From Malacoraja senta (Eukaryota): DNA of 64,000 nt. The notes under the pieces were generated by a model. That model searched no databases and was not told the DNA's origin. It was given only the letters and a program-made list of their open reading frames with translations. Numbering within the stretch: position 1 is the first letter of the stretch; every line of letters begins with the position of its first letter. This document shows positions 24,598-37,151 of this stretch, one piece after another. The translations under genes and the position numbers were made by a program. The stretch is from NCBI GenBank assembly GCA_038087875.1, contig CM075998.1:434001-498000 (forward strand). The letters are read 5' to 3'.

Positions 24598-24878
24598 TAA
24601 GAATAAGGAGTAAGCCATTTAGAATGTAGACGAGGAAACATTTTTTCTCACAGTGAGTGGTGAGTCTGTGGAATTCTCTGCCTCGGAGGGCGGTGGAGGC
24701 AGGTTCTCTGGATGCTTTCAAGAGAGCTAGATAGGGCTCTTAAAAATAGCGGAGTCAGGGGATATGGGGAGAAGGCAGGAACGGGGTACTGATTGGGGGA
24801 TGATCAGCCATGATCATATTGAATGGCGGTGCTGGCTCGAAGGGCCGAATGGCCTACTCCTGCACCTATTGTCTATTG
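24598..24878 (+). mobile_element. CR1 LINE 3' end nested in a Penelope-derived repeat
   Basis: Near-identical to 9834-10112; splits the repeat GGAGTAACTCGGTGGGT...GGGTCAGGCAGCATCTCTGG. Confidence 0.88.
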
Positions 24879-25242
24879 GGTCAGGCAGCATCTCTGGAGG
24901 ACATGGATAGGTGACATTTTGGATTGGGATCCTTCCGTTCCTCCAGCTCTTTTTTTTTGTTCTGCAGGTGTGAAGTTATTTATAGAGATGTGTGCTGTAA
25001 TGTTATTCATGACTTGCATTAAGGCAGGTTATGTATGTGTAGATCTGGAAATAACTGTGCATAGATGCAATGTATTGATTTGTGAGATGGCTTTTATTAA
25101 TTATTACCATGTCATTGTTGCAAGATTTGAATATCTATATGTATTTACTTCAATTGAAAAATTTAAAACATTGATTATATCTTGTTGATTGCAGGTGAAG
25201 ATGGAACAAACATGATTATCAGTAACTTGAGATTCAACTGCA

Positions 25243-27069
25243 ATGGAGGGAAAGGATCACTATGGTAGGCGAGGTGATTTGCAGTGGTCAGAACGAAACA
25301 AAACCCACTGGAATGAGGAGGAGGAGGAGCAGCAAGTTGCATCCCAACTGCTCCATCACAGCCATTGTCAGTTTGCCCAGATAAATCGGCCAGTTGCCAA
25401 TTCTCCTCATGATGAAAAAACGGATGCTTTTCCAAGTTATTCCTGTCGTGCACAACGTGACAACATCGACTCAGATCTGTATATTTCTGAACATGTCGAC
25501 ACATCGCATCGTCATCAGACCTGGCCAAGAGCAAGCCAACAACCTGCGAGAAATACTGAGACAGGGAAGAGTCCGCCCTTGTCAGATTGGTCTCTTGGTG
25601 ACGTGAAGTGCTTTGACCACAAAGAACCATATTCAGATCAACGTTTAGACGAGGAGCTGAAGACGTTGGATATGGAAGGGCTGAGCTTCCCCTGTGGACA
25701 GCTGGATTTTACAGGGAAACTGCCACCTCTTTATTGTTCCGGCACGTCATGTGAGGGATGTAACCTTCAAAACCGAGAGACCGAGTTGGCCAGTAGTGGT
25801 AAGCCGTACTCTCTTTCCGATGCAATAACCAATCGCGACGGTGTGACTGAGAATGACTTGCAGGAGGACGGGTGCCTATCACCCATTCCTCTGTTGGAAA
25901 GTTCCACAGGTACTCGGATGTTTTTGGACGGGTGTTTTGAATCCCGAAGCTACGGAGACCACAACTTCCCATTCAGCACGGACGACAATCTGTCATTTCT
26001 TGACAACTTGGACTGCATTCATTCTGCCAATGCTTCACAAGAAGATGGAATGGACAAATGTGATGAATTCAATGAACATGACAGTACGGCCGAAAGCCAC
26101 ATAAAGGTGACGGAAGATGTCATGCAGCCGGTGAAGCTGGCCAACAGAAAAAGCAGCAAAAGGCAAAGAAACAAATCGGTGACAAAAGAGAACTCTTCAA
26201 ACACCTACGATAAAGAGGATGTGAGGGAGCACACCAAGAAAAATAGCAAGTCTTCCATTAATAAACAAAGGCACTCGAAGGCTGAGAGGAAGCGGCAGCA
26301 TACCGAAAACCGGGATAGATTCAAGTTTGGAGTCCAGAAACAAACCGAGGAGCTGCTTTGGAGATGTGTAACCTATATCAAAATTGTAATGGACGTCATT
26401 CTTTTTGTGACCCACAAGTGTGGAGAGTACGTGGAGATGGGTGGCAAATTTGTGTATTCATGTTGCCAGATACAAAAAGAGGATTTTAATTCCTTAAAGG
26501 GCAGTGCAAGGACCTCAAGCATGTGGCTTCTTAAGCAGGCAAAGTTGGGGTCAGAGAAACTGAGGAGGTTTTGCCTTTCCTTGATGAAGATGACTCTAAA
26601 GTTTTTAAAAATGCTGCTTGCTCTGCTTTTTCTAGTACTAATGTTATTTATAGGATGCTTACGACTTGGCTACAAATATGCAAAATCTGGTGTTTTCATG
26701 ATTTGTCAGAGGTTACCCATCAGGGGCCAGGAAAACTTCCCCCACACGGTAACTGTTTGTTTTCTGCACTACTTGTGCTCCACCATAGAAGAATCTAGAA
26801 CTTGGAATTATTTGAAAAGACTGTGGGAAAAATTGAAAATGAGATTGTGGCTAACTGCTAAATGGCGGACTGCGGGCCAGTCTCCTTCTTCGCCTCCTTC
26901 GCCCCAGTCTCCTAGTGCTAATAGGTACCAGCCAGATCACGAGGTTGACCGGCTGTTGGCAATGGCTGATGTACCAGAGGAGGAGCTGGATCCTTTTAAA
27001 GTTCTAGGCGTGGAGGTAACGGCCACTGATGCCGAGCTGAAAAAGGCTTATCGGCAGTTGGCCGTGCTG
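25243..27069 (+). CDS. DNAJC14: DNAJC14 (Jiv/DRIP78) first coding exon
   Basis: Acceptor tgcag|G at 25195, 609-codon open exon ending CTG|gtaagt. Contains CGEYVEMGG, a hydrophobic segment and the J-domain start RLLAMADVPEEELDPFKVLGVEVTATDAELKKAYRQLAVL. Confidence 0.93.
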
Positions 27070-29974
27070 GTAAGTTCTGTGTAAAAACATTTCATTAAAG
27101 ACAAAGTACAACTGCCTCATTCAGTTATTTCTATTGAGCTAGTTACCTTAACTATTGTTCTAATTGTGAATGACAGTGCAAAATGTCTCCATTTTGTTAT
27201 TTTTAATACCCCTTCCCGCCCCCCTCCCCCTTCCCCTTAAATAAATGCCTCTACACTTGTATACCTTCTGTGCCATTGAACCTCTAGTTTATTAACTGGC
27301 AGTGAAGTCAAAGGGCTTTTCAACCTCTATCTGGTGGTTACATTTATGTGTTTCCAGAAGGAGTTTGGTTGGTAATGATTGGGACCTGGCATCCTAGCAA
27401 ATTGTTTTGTTGTTGCTCATTTTTTGCCTGATAACATATTTTGTACAGATAATTACAAACATTGTTTCCCTTATGCTGTGATTTAACAATTTTCTAAACC
27501 TATGGGAATTGCTCCAGTCTTCCAGTGTGCTAGCTCCCCCTATGTAGCAACAACTCTAAGTGCATCTGGTGTTGTTTAAAGCAGAAGCATCTCTCGAGGC
27601 CTATCAGAAGCAAATGGCAAACTGGACATCAAGCTGGAAAGTGTCTGTTTTCACTTCCTATTCACACAGGAACACTGAATTTGATGTTCACTGTGCTGTC
27701 ACAGAGTCTTGGGTTCCTTGGCGAGAGGTAGGTGTTGCTCGAAACTGACTGCAGTCGTGACTGGGATCTGAAAGATAGCAGAAAAACTGATGGGGCATTT
27801 CCTGTCAAATCTCAAAACTCCAACCATTTACTGTGCTGTTGTAGTGATAAATAGGACAATTCAAGCCAATGTTCTGTGAATATTTAGTGTGTTCTATTGA
27901 AACACGTTATTTATGTGTGGATAAAAGACATTAATCCACAAAACAACACTTAATGATGCATTTTGCATTGAATTGCAGTGTAATGGCCTAGAATTTAGTG
28001 GGCCTGAGCATCTGGTGATGTGCCTCATTTATTAGATTTTTTCTTTCACCCTCGCAGCTTACTATTTTACGTTGCAAATTGCTGGAAATGTTTGCTGCTT
28101 GACAAGGATAATGGGGCATCGGGGACCTTAGTGAATGACAGAACAAGCAGACTGATTTCTTAGCATAAGATTTAATAGGTATAATGGTGAAGGAAATGGG
28201 GGAATTAGTTTCAAATTAAGTGCAAAAAGAGAAGTGCGGAATGTATGGATTAAGAGAGATTGAAAAGAGATAGGGAAAGTAAAAGAGCTAACATTTCACG
28301 TCAAGAACCCTTTAACAGGTGAAGTCTTCAACCTGAACTTTCTCTTCCCACAAATGTGGCCAGATCTGCTGACTATTTCCAACATTTTCTGATTTTATTT
28401 TAAATTTCTAGCATCTGCAGTTTTGATTGTCTGAGAAAAATAAAAGATCTGCATTTAAATTAAAAACAAAACCTAGGAACAGTTTACTGCCTGCAGGAAT
28501 GATCATCCAATTTTAGTTGTTTTCTCTCTGGGTTGAAAAGAATTTGCGTTTACAAGAAGATAAATCTCACAAGGTGCTTGCATCATTATGTATCATAGAT
28601 TTTGCAATAAATTCTGTTTGTTTTACTGGCGCAAATGCAGCAAATACTTTGAAACATATTTGAAGGATGACAATCAGTGGCTGTTTTTGCAAGGTGGAGC
28701 AAAGCAAATAGTTCAGCAACGTGGCAGTTCGCAATTTACTGGGTAGCCCTCAATTACCACATGTTACTGAGGCAATTACTCACTAGTAACGCCAAGAGCA
28801 TTGAGCTCTGTCTTCTCAGCAATTCTGGGTCAATGGTTCTTTACTGTTTCAAAGTATTAAATAAGATGAGCAGGTTTTTTTCACACCCGCTATCACATCT
28901 TTCTGGTGATTTTGAAGGTGGACTTTTGCTTTTGCTGTTGCAGCAATGGTTTGTTATCAGGTTTTAACTAGAGTTGTCTTTTAAAAACAAAACTCTCCTG
29001 TCAGCATTCTCTGCATATTAGACCAGCGTAAAGCACACACTCTTCTGAACACTTGCACTAACATTTGAAGAAACAAAATGCAACTCTAATACAGCATTCT
29101 CGTACATATTATGCTTTGCAATCTACTCACGAGGCTCTGAGCAGGCTGACTGGATGCTCGGATTAGGTTGCAGCTTGAGATTGCTGCACCCGGATTGTAG
29201 GTCTTTTCCAGACCGCAGTAATGTTGGTCTGGGATGCAGCAGTGTGGTGAATGCACTCCCTGTTTTCCCTGTTCATGTCCAGTTTCTTTTGTAAAATTAG
29301 TTCTGCATGTTTTGTGAAGTTGATTTATATATTTTTTAAATCATCTGTAATAATAATCAGCTTGTCCTTTAACGCAGTTTGTTTCTTTCCCCAGTGCTCT
29401 ATTTCTCCCCTCCCTCCTTTAGTGCTTTTCCTCGTGTGATTATATCTTCCATTCTTGTCGGCGACCATCAGAGAGAGAAACCCGAGAAGTGTAGATGTTG
29501 TCTTCTAAGTCAGTTCTGTGCATGGCATACAATAAATAGTAACATACCTTTTTTCTGAAAATGCTTTATGTATATGTGTGAGAGGGGGAAAGATTTTATT
29601 AAGCATATGGGATATAAAGTATATTTGTGGCAAATTGCGATTGTATCTTTTTCATAGCATGCGTGCAGAAGGGAGTTTAATTGGCTAGGTGCTGATCAGT
29701 ACCAAGTTACTGATGCAAACTTGACAACAGCTAGATCCTGTCCCATGAAATAATGTGTGGCTTCCAAAGAAAACAAATGTACTTTATTAGTTTATAGTGA
29801 GAATCGTGGCAACTGCATGAGTAAACAATTAATTCAGCTTCTACCAGCTCACTATAATGTGTCTCAGCAGCATATTTGCTATTGTTCAAGGTACCCAGCG
29901 AGTATTTATAGAGGATCCTATAACAACGTTCGAAGATTAGAATTTTCTGCTGCAGCTCAAGGTTAAAAGTAAGG

Positions 29975-31325
29975 TGTAAGAAAGAACTGCAGATGCTGGT
30001 TTAAACCAAAGATTGACACAAAAAGCTGGAATAACTCAGTGGGACAGACAGCCAACAGCTGTCTGTCCTTTCACCTTTATTTTTTATTTTAGTCGGTAAA
30101 GTGTTTGGTTTTGGAGGTCTAGACTTTTTTGTGTGGGGGGGGAAGGGGGAAACTACCTTTCAGGGTCCCTACCTGGCCGGAGAGGCAGCTTTTCACCGGG
30201 CTGCAGCTTCGACCCGTCCTCGCGGCCTACCAGCGGGCCTGGAGCGGCGTTTCCTGTCGGGGACCGCCCAGAACCTCGGCTTCGGCGGCGGCACAGCGCT
30301 GGAGCGCTATCGCGGAGCGGGCGATGCCTTGCCCGGGTCGCCGCGCTGGAGCTCCGGTGAGCTGAGGATCGCTGGAGGAAACATCGCGGAGCTGCGGGAC
30401 TGTGGAGCGACCAGCTGCGGGCGGCGGCGCTGAACTTTACACCGGGAGCCTGGGATCTCTAGATGATAGCGCCTGTTGTGGAGCTCCAACCGGCGCGGCC
30501 TTGTTGGCTTTGGAAGCCGCGGCCCCCAGTGCGGAAGCGGCCGTTCCAGGGTTCCCAGGCCGCTGGGAGGACTCTCCTGTCGCTGGAACAACATCACCCG
30601 GCGAGAACGGCCTGGAACATCGGGCCTCTGTAGAGGCAACTGTGGAGGCCTCAATGGGCCCGACTATGGGTGAACTGGGGTTGGGGACTGGACTTTGTGC
30701 CTTCCCTCATGGTGGGAGCCATTGTGGGGGGATGTTCAGTGTTAAGACTATCTTGGTGTTGTGTCTGTATTCTCTTCTCTTTTTTGTGTGCTGATAATGG
30801 CAAAAAGCATTTCACTTCACTACACCTGGGTGTATGTGAATGTGACTAATAAAATATCTTGAATCTTGAGGGACAGACAGCATCTCTGGAAAGGAATGGG
30901 TGACATTTCGGGTCAAGACCTTCAGACTAGTCGGGGGAAAGGGAAACGTGAGATATAGACGATGATGTAGAGTGATAAAGAACAATGAATGAAAGATATA
31001 CAAAAAAGTGACGATGATAAAGGAAACGGTCCATTGTTAGCTGTTTGTTGGGTGAAAACGAGAAGCTGGTGTGACTTGGGTGGGGGAGGGATGGAGAGAG
31101 AGAAGGAATGCTGGGGTTACTTAAATCAATACTTATACCACTGGGCTGTAAGCTGCCCAAGCAAAATATGAGGTGCTGTTCCTCCAAGTTGCGTTTAGCC
31201 TCACTCTGCCAATGGAGGAGGCCCAGGACAGAAAGATCAGTGTGGGAATGGGAAGGGGAATTAAATTGTTTAGCAGCCAGGAGATCAGGTTGGTCCAGGC
31301 TGACTGAGCAAAGGTGTTCAGCGAA
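29975..31325 (-). mobile_element. Penelope-like 3' fragment (GIY-YIG C-terminus plus terminal repeat), split by an insertion
   Basis: ORF 30927-31187 (-) EEQHLIFCLGSLQPSGISIDLS. Terminal repeat halves at 29975-30052 and 30870-30930. Confidence 0.8.
30053..30869 (+). mobile_element. GC/CpG-rich non-autonomous retroelement with a LINE-like tail
   Basis: 12-bp TSD GGGACAGACAGC (30041-30052 / 30870-30881); ends AATAAAAT(ATCTTGA)2; no credible protein. Confidence 0.8.
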
Positions 31326-33540
31326 GTAAGGTGGCTGGTTTTCTGCATATGTGCACTCACAGTTGGGTCACTGCACTTCCACCAGGAAAGCTTTTCCAGC
31401 TGCGACAGCAGAGCAGGCCTGTGGCATTGTTGTCTGCTCTTGCTCAGCTGCTCCAGTCTTATGATGCTCAATTCTGTTTTTGACCTCTGGTCCAAGGCAG
31501 TCCGGCAAGGTGACACAGTGAGAGGGGATTTAGAATAAGACATGGGAACAGTTTTGTGTTGTACCTTTGCTCCAATTGGACACTAAATTGTTAGTGTTGT
31601 GCTCTTCTATCTCTTGTGAGTAGGTATCTGTGGCAAGCAGTCCGGGGTGGGGGGGGGGGGGGGGGGGTCACTTGCTCCATTTGCAATTCTGGAAAGTTAA
31701 TGCTACATCATTTAAGTTCTGAAAGTGAGCAGAAATTGTGGAATCTTGTGACTGTAAAGAGGAATCTATCACTGGAATTGGTGACTCCTGTCTGACAGCG
31801 CTGACAGGCTAATTATTGTAATTGCAGCGTTAAGTTTATTTGGAAACAACAGTAGAGGCAAGCAAAATACACAACAAATGAGGAAATGTGAGGAAGATTT
31901 TATACTTGTTGCAATCTCTCGCTGCCCCAGAGCAGTTTAAAGGACTATGTCGCCAATGAAATAAGATCTGCAGCTAACTTTGTCACGAATGGAAATGCAG
32001 CGGCTAATTTGCGCACAAAGTGATCTGACGAACAGCAGCATGCTGATTTACTTTATAGGTTGAGGGATGGAACTTGGGTAAGAGACCAGAGAACTCCCCT
32101 GCTCTTCCAGTAGTGTCATGGGATCTTTGATGTCGACCTGAAAAGGTAGATGGGATCATAGTTGAATGTCTCATCCTAAGGACGGCATCTCTAGTGCAGT
32201 AATGAGGAATGAGGATGTTAAAAGCTTTAGCTTGGGTTGTGGTCCAAGTCTCTGGAGCTGGTCTTGAATGCAATCTAAGGAGTTGTACAGCTAATGAACC
32301 AAGAAAGGATCTTTGAAGTCACCCATGCTATTTGTACCCAGTCTTTTGCAGCACCTTGCCCAATTATTAGTAAAGTCATAACATCAAACTGGGATAGACT
32401 ATCAAAACGTCTGCCTGAAGGCACTGTGAAATATTGACATATATAAAAGAACGCAGCTTTCCACAGAGTAAGTTCATCTGTAATTTTTGTTCTCTCCCAC
32501 AGATTGCTAAACAACTATAGAATTGTTCTTAATCTTTGTGGACACCAACGGATACTCATTAAGAACTAACCTAGATAAAGATCCCTGTCACATGAAGCAT
32601 TATATGTTTTTCCGGTATACAAACAGGCAATCTTTGTTATGCAGCTAGCAACATCCCATCAGGAAGTATCAAATATACAGGCTTTAATGTTTTGAAAGAA
32701 GATTAACGCCTGAGCTGTTGCCCGATTTCTGCATGAATTGTGCAACTTTCAGTTTGCAGACTCCTTTCACCATTTTCAGATTTCTCCTTATTTCTTCCTC
32801 ATTTGTTCAAGTGCTCGCCTCTGTTCTGTGGGTTAGCAAGGCTTCAGTACATATAATGCATAGGTGTAATTCGGCAGATTTGCCCTTCTGTAAACAGTAT
32901 TTAGTTGAGTCACTATTTCACTTCAATACATAAGACAGTTGACTGTTTGGATCTTTGCTTCCTTCTAAATAATTCCCTCAACAGGTCAACTTCTGCTGAC
33001 CATAAAATCATGAGAAGAAATAGTAACAGTCTTCATTTTTGAGCCAAGATGGTGTCAGCAGACTGTTTAGATGTCACATCAGAACGTAATCATGTCCCTC
33101 CCCCAGCTCCATATGGTGCAGACATGTAGCCTTGGGTGACTGAGCAATAGTCATGACAGTAAATCCCTGCTGAGTACTTTCATTTTTTTTCTTTCACCAC
33201 TCCGCCCCCAGCTTCTGGTTTCTCTCTCAAAGGTGTTGGGTGCTGAAGTGAGTTGTGATATCCCACTGCATAAAATGAGCCATAACACACAGCAGTGAGT
33301 AAAGCTGCTTCTACCAATACCACCTTGAATGGTGCTGTTACCCAAGCCCCATCAGGTTGGGGTAAAGTTTGATTTTACTCATTTATTGCCCAAGAGTTGC
33401 AGGGTGAGCTCTTTAGTTAAACTTTTTTTTTAAATGAAGACTGATATATCTTCATATGAACTATCACCAGCAGTAGTTGAACAAAACGCATCAATTCAAA
33501 GCCTTTCTCTTTTAAAGTAATCGCCCCATTGTGATTGCAG

Positions 33541-33647
33541 GTTCACCCTGATAAAAACCAACACCCTCGATCGGAGGAAGCTTTTAAGGTGGTGCGAGCA
33601 GCGTGGGATATTGTGAGCAATCCTGAGAGGAGGAAGGAATATGAAAT
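33541..33647 (+). CDS. DNAJC14: DNAJC14 J-domain exon (HPD motif)
   Basis: ttgcag|GTT CAC CCT GAT...GAA AT|gtaagc, 107 bp; VHPDKNQHPRSEEAFKVVRAAWDIVSNPERRKEYE. Confidence 0.96.
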
Positions 33648-34723
33648 GTAAGCAAAATTCAGTGCTGCATTCCAGATACATCCATGTGACCTGTGATCTT
33701 TATCTTTGCAGGCTCCATTGTTTTGAATATGTTAGTTTAACTTTTATTTGTGATATCAAAAGTATTTTAGCATGTTTTGAGCTGCTTAAATTTGATTACT
33801 CTTTATAATTTTCCATTTCAAAGATTGCCGTTTTGAGTTAGGGAGTGAAACTCTGCTTAAACATGTCAGCAAGTTTAATGTTTAAGAAAGCTCCCTGCAG
33901 CTAACGTTGAAGAATATTGCTATTTCAACATGGGATTGGTTTTGAGTGCAGTCCAGGCCAATGGAATGTAATTCTCCTCTCTGTCGGCTACAGAATTCCC
34001 AAGTGTACTGAGTCTTGGCAGGTTTGATTGAGTTCATAATCCTACATCGCAAAACTGCCTGTAAAATTCGCATCAATTAATAGTGACATGTCAGTCTCAC
34101 AGAGAGAAGCTGTAAAGTTGCTTTGGAACTACTTGATGTTGAAACTGGATGCAAAAAAAAGTCTCCTGTTACTTGGCACTGACAATACACTATTGCTCAG
34201 CACAAAAATCCATCAAAACATGCACGTTAATAATTTCCCACTTTCTTACGACTTGAAAGGTAAAGTATTATTTTGCAACTCAGAATAATATAAGCTCTAA
34301 TACTAATTAACTCTAGGTTTACCTTTCTCTAATGTCTTTTAATCTTTTTTTGTGGCAGATCACTTTTCCAGACTTTAAAAGTATTTTTGATTGATTCTAG
34401 TTGAAAGAGACAATGATGTGAATAGTTTTAACATGGGGAGAGTGTGAGATGTAATTTTGTGTTCTATACTTTGCTGTTGGTGCTGTGCAAGAACAACCTT
34501 GAGATGATTGGTTGCTTTGTTTACTTGGTCTCTAAACTGAGACTTTGATTTCCTGCTCAAATGGGCAGAAGAGATCTCATGGCACAATTTGAAGAGCAGG
34601 GGATTTCTCCCGTGTTGTGGCTACCACTTGTCCTTCAGCCAAGCTGACTATCCTAGTCATTTGCTATTTGCAGGATCTTGCTATGCGCAAACTTGCTGCT
34701 GCGTTTGCCTCTGGGACAGTGTC

Positions 34724-34923
34724 NNNNNNNNNNNNNNNNNNNNNNNNNNNNNNNNNNNNNNNNNNNNNNNNNNNNNNNNNNNNNNNNNNNNNNNNNNNNN
34801 NNNNNNNNNNNNNNNNNNNNNNNNNNNNNNNNNNNNNNNNNNNNNNNNNNNNNNNNNNNNNNNNNNNNNNNNNNNNNNNNNNNNNNNNNNNNNNNNNNNN
34901 NNNNNNNNNNNNNNNNNNNNNNN
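34724..34923. other. Assembly gap (200 N)
   Basis: Run of exactly 200 N. Confidence 0.99.
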
Positions 34924-34996
34924 TTACCAAACTCCAGGATGACCTGAAGGAGGCCATGAACACAATGATGTGCAGTAAATGTGAAGGAAAACACAA
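34924..34996 (+). CDS. DNAJC14: DNAJC14 exon, 3' part only (5' part hidden in assembly gap)
   Basis: TKLQDDLKEAMNTMMCSKCEGKH then AA|gtttgt, directly after the N run. Confidence 0.9.
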
Positions 34997-35763
34997 GTTT
35001 GTGCTCATTTATCTTTTGCTAATCTGTTAAAATAAGTGTATAGCGGGTGGTTTTCATTTTATTTTTAGTCTCCCTGGTCAGGTTTTCCCTCTCCTCCACC
35101 CCTCCCCGCTCACCCCCACCTCTTCTCCCTAGAGCCAACTCTTAGAATAGAATTTAACAGTTGTCAGGTACCCTTGGGTTCTTCATTCAATTACAATGGA
35201 ACATCTTTCCAACATAGGAATGATTTAACTGTGCTCAGTCAAATGCATCCATCCAAGTTTAGTTTAGAGAGAAGAGGGAGAAAAAAAGACACAAAATGCT
35301 GGAGTAACTCAGTGGGTCATGCACCATCTCTGGAGAACATGGATGGGCAATGTTTTGTGTGGGGACCCTTCTTCAGACCCGATACATCGCCTATCTCTGT
35401 TCTCCACAGTTGCTGCCTGACCTGTTCAGTTGCTCCAGCACTTTGTGTCTTTTTGGTAAACCCGCATCTGCAGTTCCTTGTCATTCCTCTGGATACTATT
35501 AGCTGCTCTAGTGCACCTGCTTGTAACTCTGTTCAGGCCTGTTCTCCTGCCCCTCTCCATTCCCAAAATAGCTTTGCTCCCATCGAGACTGCACAATGTA
35601 ATTCCTATTTCCTTGCTATCCGCAACACTCTGAAAGCTGCAGAAGATTCATGCATGGCCGTTTAAGGAATAATTCCCAGACAAGTCCACATCAGGGTCTA
35701 ATCTCAAATCGTCTTTTTGGAACTATGTTTCCTTATCTATTTGTGTGTGACGGTTATTTGCAG

Positions 35764-35924
35764 GAGGTTTGAGATGGATCGTGACCCTCAGGCTGCTCGG
35801 TACTGTGCCGAATGTAACAAGAGGCACCCTGTGGAGGCTGGAGACTTCTGGGCAGAATCAAGCATGCTGGGATTGAAAATCACCTACTTTGCTATGATGG
35901 ATGGCAAAGTCTATGATATCACAG
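35764..35924 (+). CDS. DNAJC14: DNAJC14 Jiv90-domain exon
   Basis: ttgcag|G AGG TTT...ACA G|gtacga, 161 bp; [53 protein letters not shown]. Confidence 0.96.
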
Positions 35925-37048
35925 GTACGACTATGAGAAACTTGAAGTTATCTTGATACATTCTCAGCGTGTTGTATTAAGAAAAAAACAAACACTGTTA
36001 GCTTTCGGTGACCTTTTGCATGTGATGAGAATTTGGAATTAGTGTGCTGCATGAAACTAGTTGCCTGGTTACTCCAGCACTGGTTTTATGGAGCAGAGAC
36101 ACCAACTCACTGGGGCTGAATGTGTTGTCTGTATAACTTAACATGAAAATCCCAGGCTTGACTGATACTGAAGAAAAGCTTCCTGTTTTTGCAAAAAGTT
36201 GTCAATATTAGAACCTACAAAGCAACCTGCTGTTGGTCAGAACAGAAATGTTGCTACCCTCTGAACAAGACTACAGCGCTTGTTTCCTGCTGAATGATAG
36301 GGGATGTTGATGGAAGAAATATATTTTATTGCAGCAGCTGTTGCCACAGCTCTCCCAAATGACAGCAAATGCTTGAATATGTCTCAAAGTACTCCCTGGA
36401 GTGTTCTTCCAGAGAATATGGCTAAAATTGTACTCCAGGGCATTTCAAAATATTCTTGCAGTGGTCCAAAATCCTGTCAAGGCAGTGGAAATAATCAAAG
36501 GAAAAATAAGGGGGAAGCCAGGTCTGCGTTTAAATTTTTGCAGATGAAAGTAAATCTTCAAAGGTTTTAAAGTCGTTAGTTTTGTTTGAAGTGGTGTGGA
36601 GTGCCATGGGTTTGGCATATGCTGCTTGCTTGAATGGCGTCGGGCCACCAGATAGAAAGTGGTGGCTTGGCGATAGTGGGAAGGAAAGTTAGAATGGTTC
36701 ATTGGACCAGGAGAAGATCATTCAGTCCTTTGAACACGTTCCTGATATTCAGTTTGATTATCCCTGGTTACCTGACGATTGCACTTTCTTCATGCTTTTC
36801 CAGTTTTTAAATTCACTTTCAAATAGTTAATTGAGAAGCAAGTGGATTCAGATTGGGTGTGGATACCCACAGTTCTCCTTGATTGGAAAATACGAAATGA
36901 TGAGAGCAAGGATACAAAGTACTTGCATTTCTTATGTTACTTTAGCCATTGTGATATTGTCCATCAATCTGTTAGAAGGAGGATTAGGAGAGCATGCATC
37001 TTTCTCAGTCACAATCTTTGGTAACTTATGTTATTTCTTTCTTTTCAG

Positions 37049-37151
37049 AATGGGCTGGGTGTCAGAAGGTAGGAATATCTCCTGACATACATCTTGTTCC
37101 TTACCATATATCATTTGCTACGAGAACCTCTGGAAGCAGTGGTCGGCATAG
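37049..37151 (+). CDS. DNAJC14: DNAJC14 coding exon
   Basis: tttcag|AA TGG...CAT AG|gtgggt, 103 bp; [35 protein letters not shown]. Confidence 0.95.

Noticed and set aside
30101-30794. Several ORFs in the GC-rich insert
   Set aside because: Stop-poor GC-rich repeat sequence; no domain similarity.
34589-35030. ORFs spanning the N run
   Set aside because: Artefacts of the gap; only 34924-34996 is real coding sequence.
34997-35763. U12-type intron (weak donor, TTCCTTATC near the acceptor)
   Set aside because: Donor GTTTGT does not match the U12 consensus RTATCCTT.
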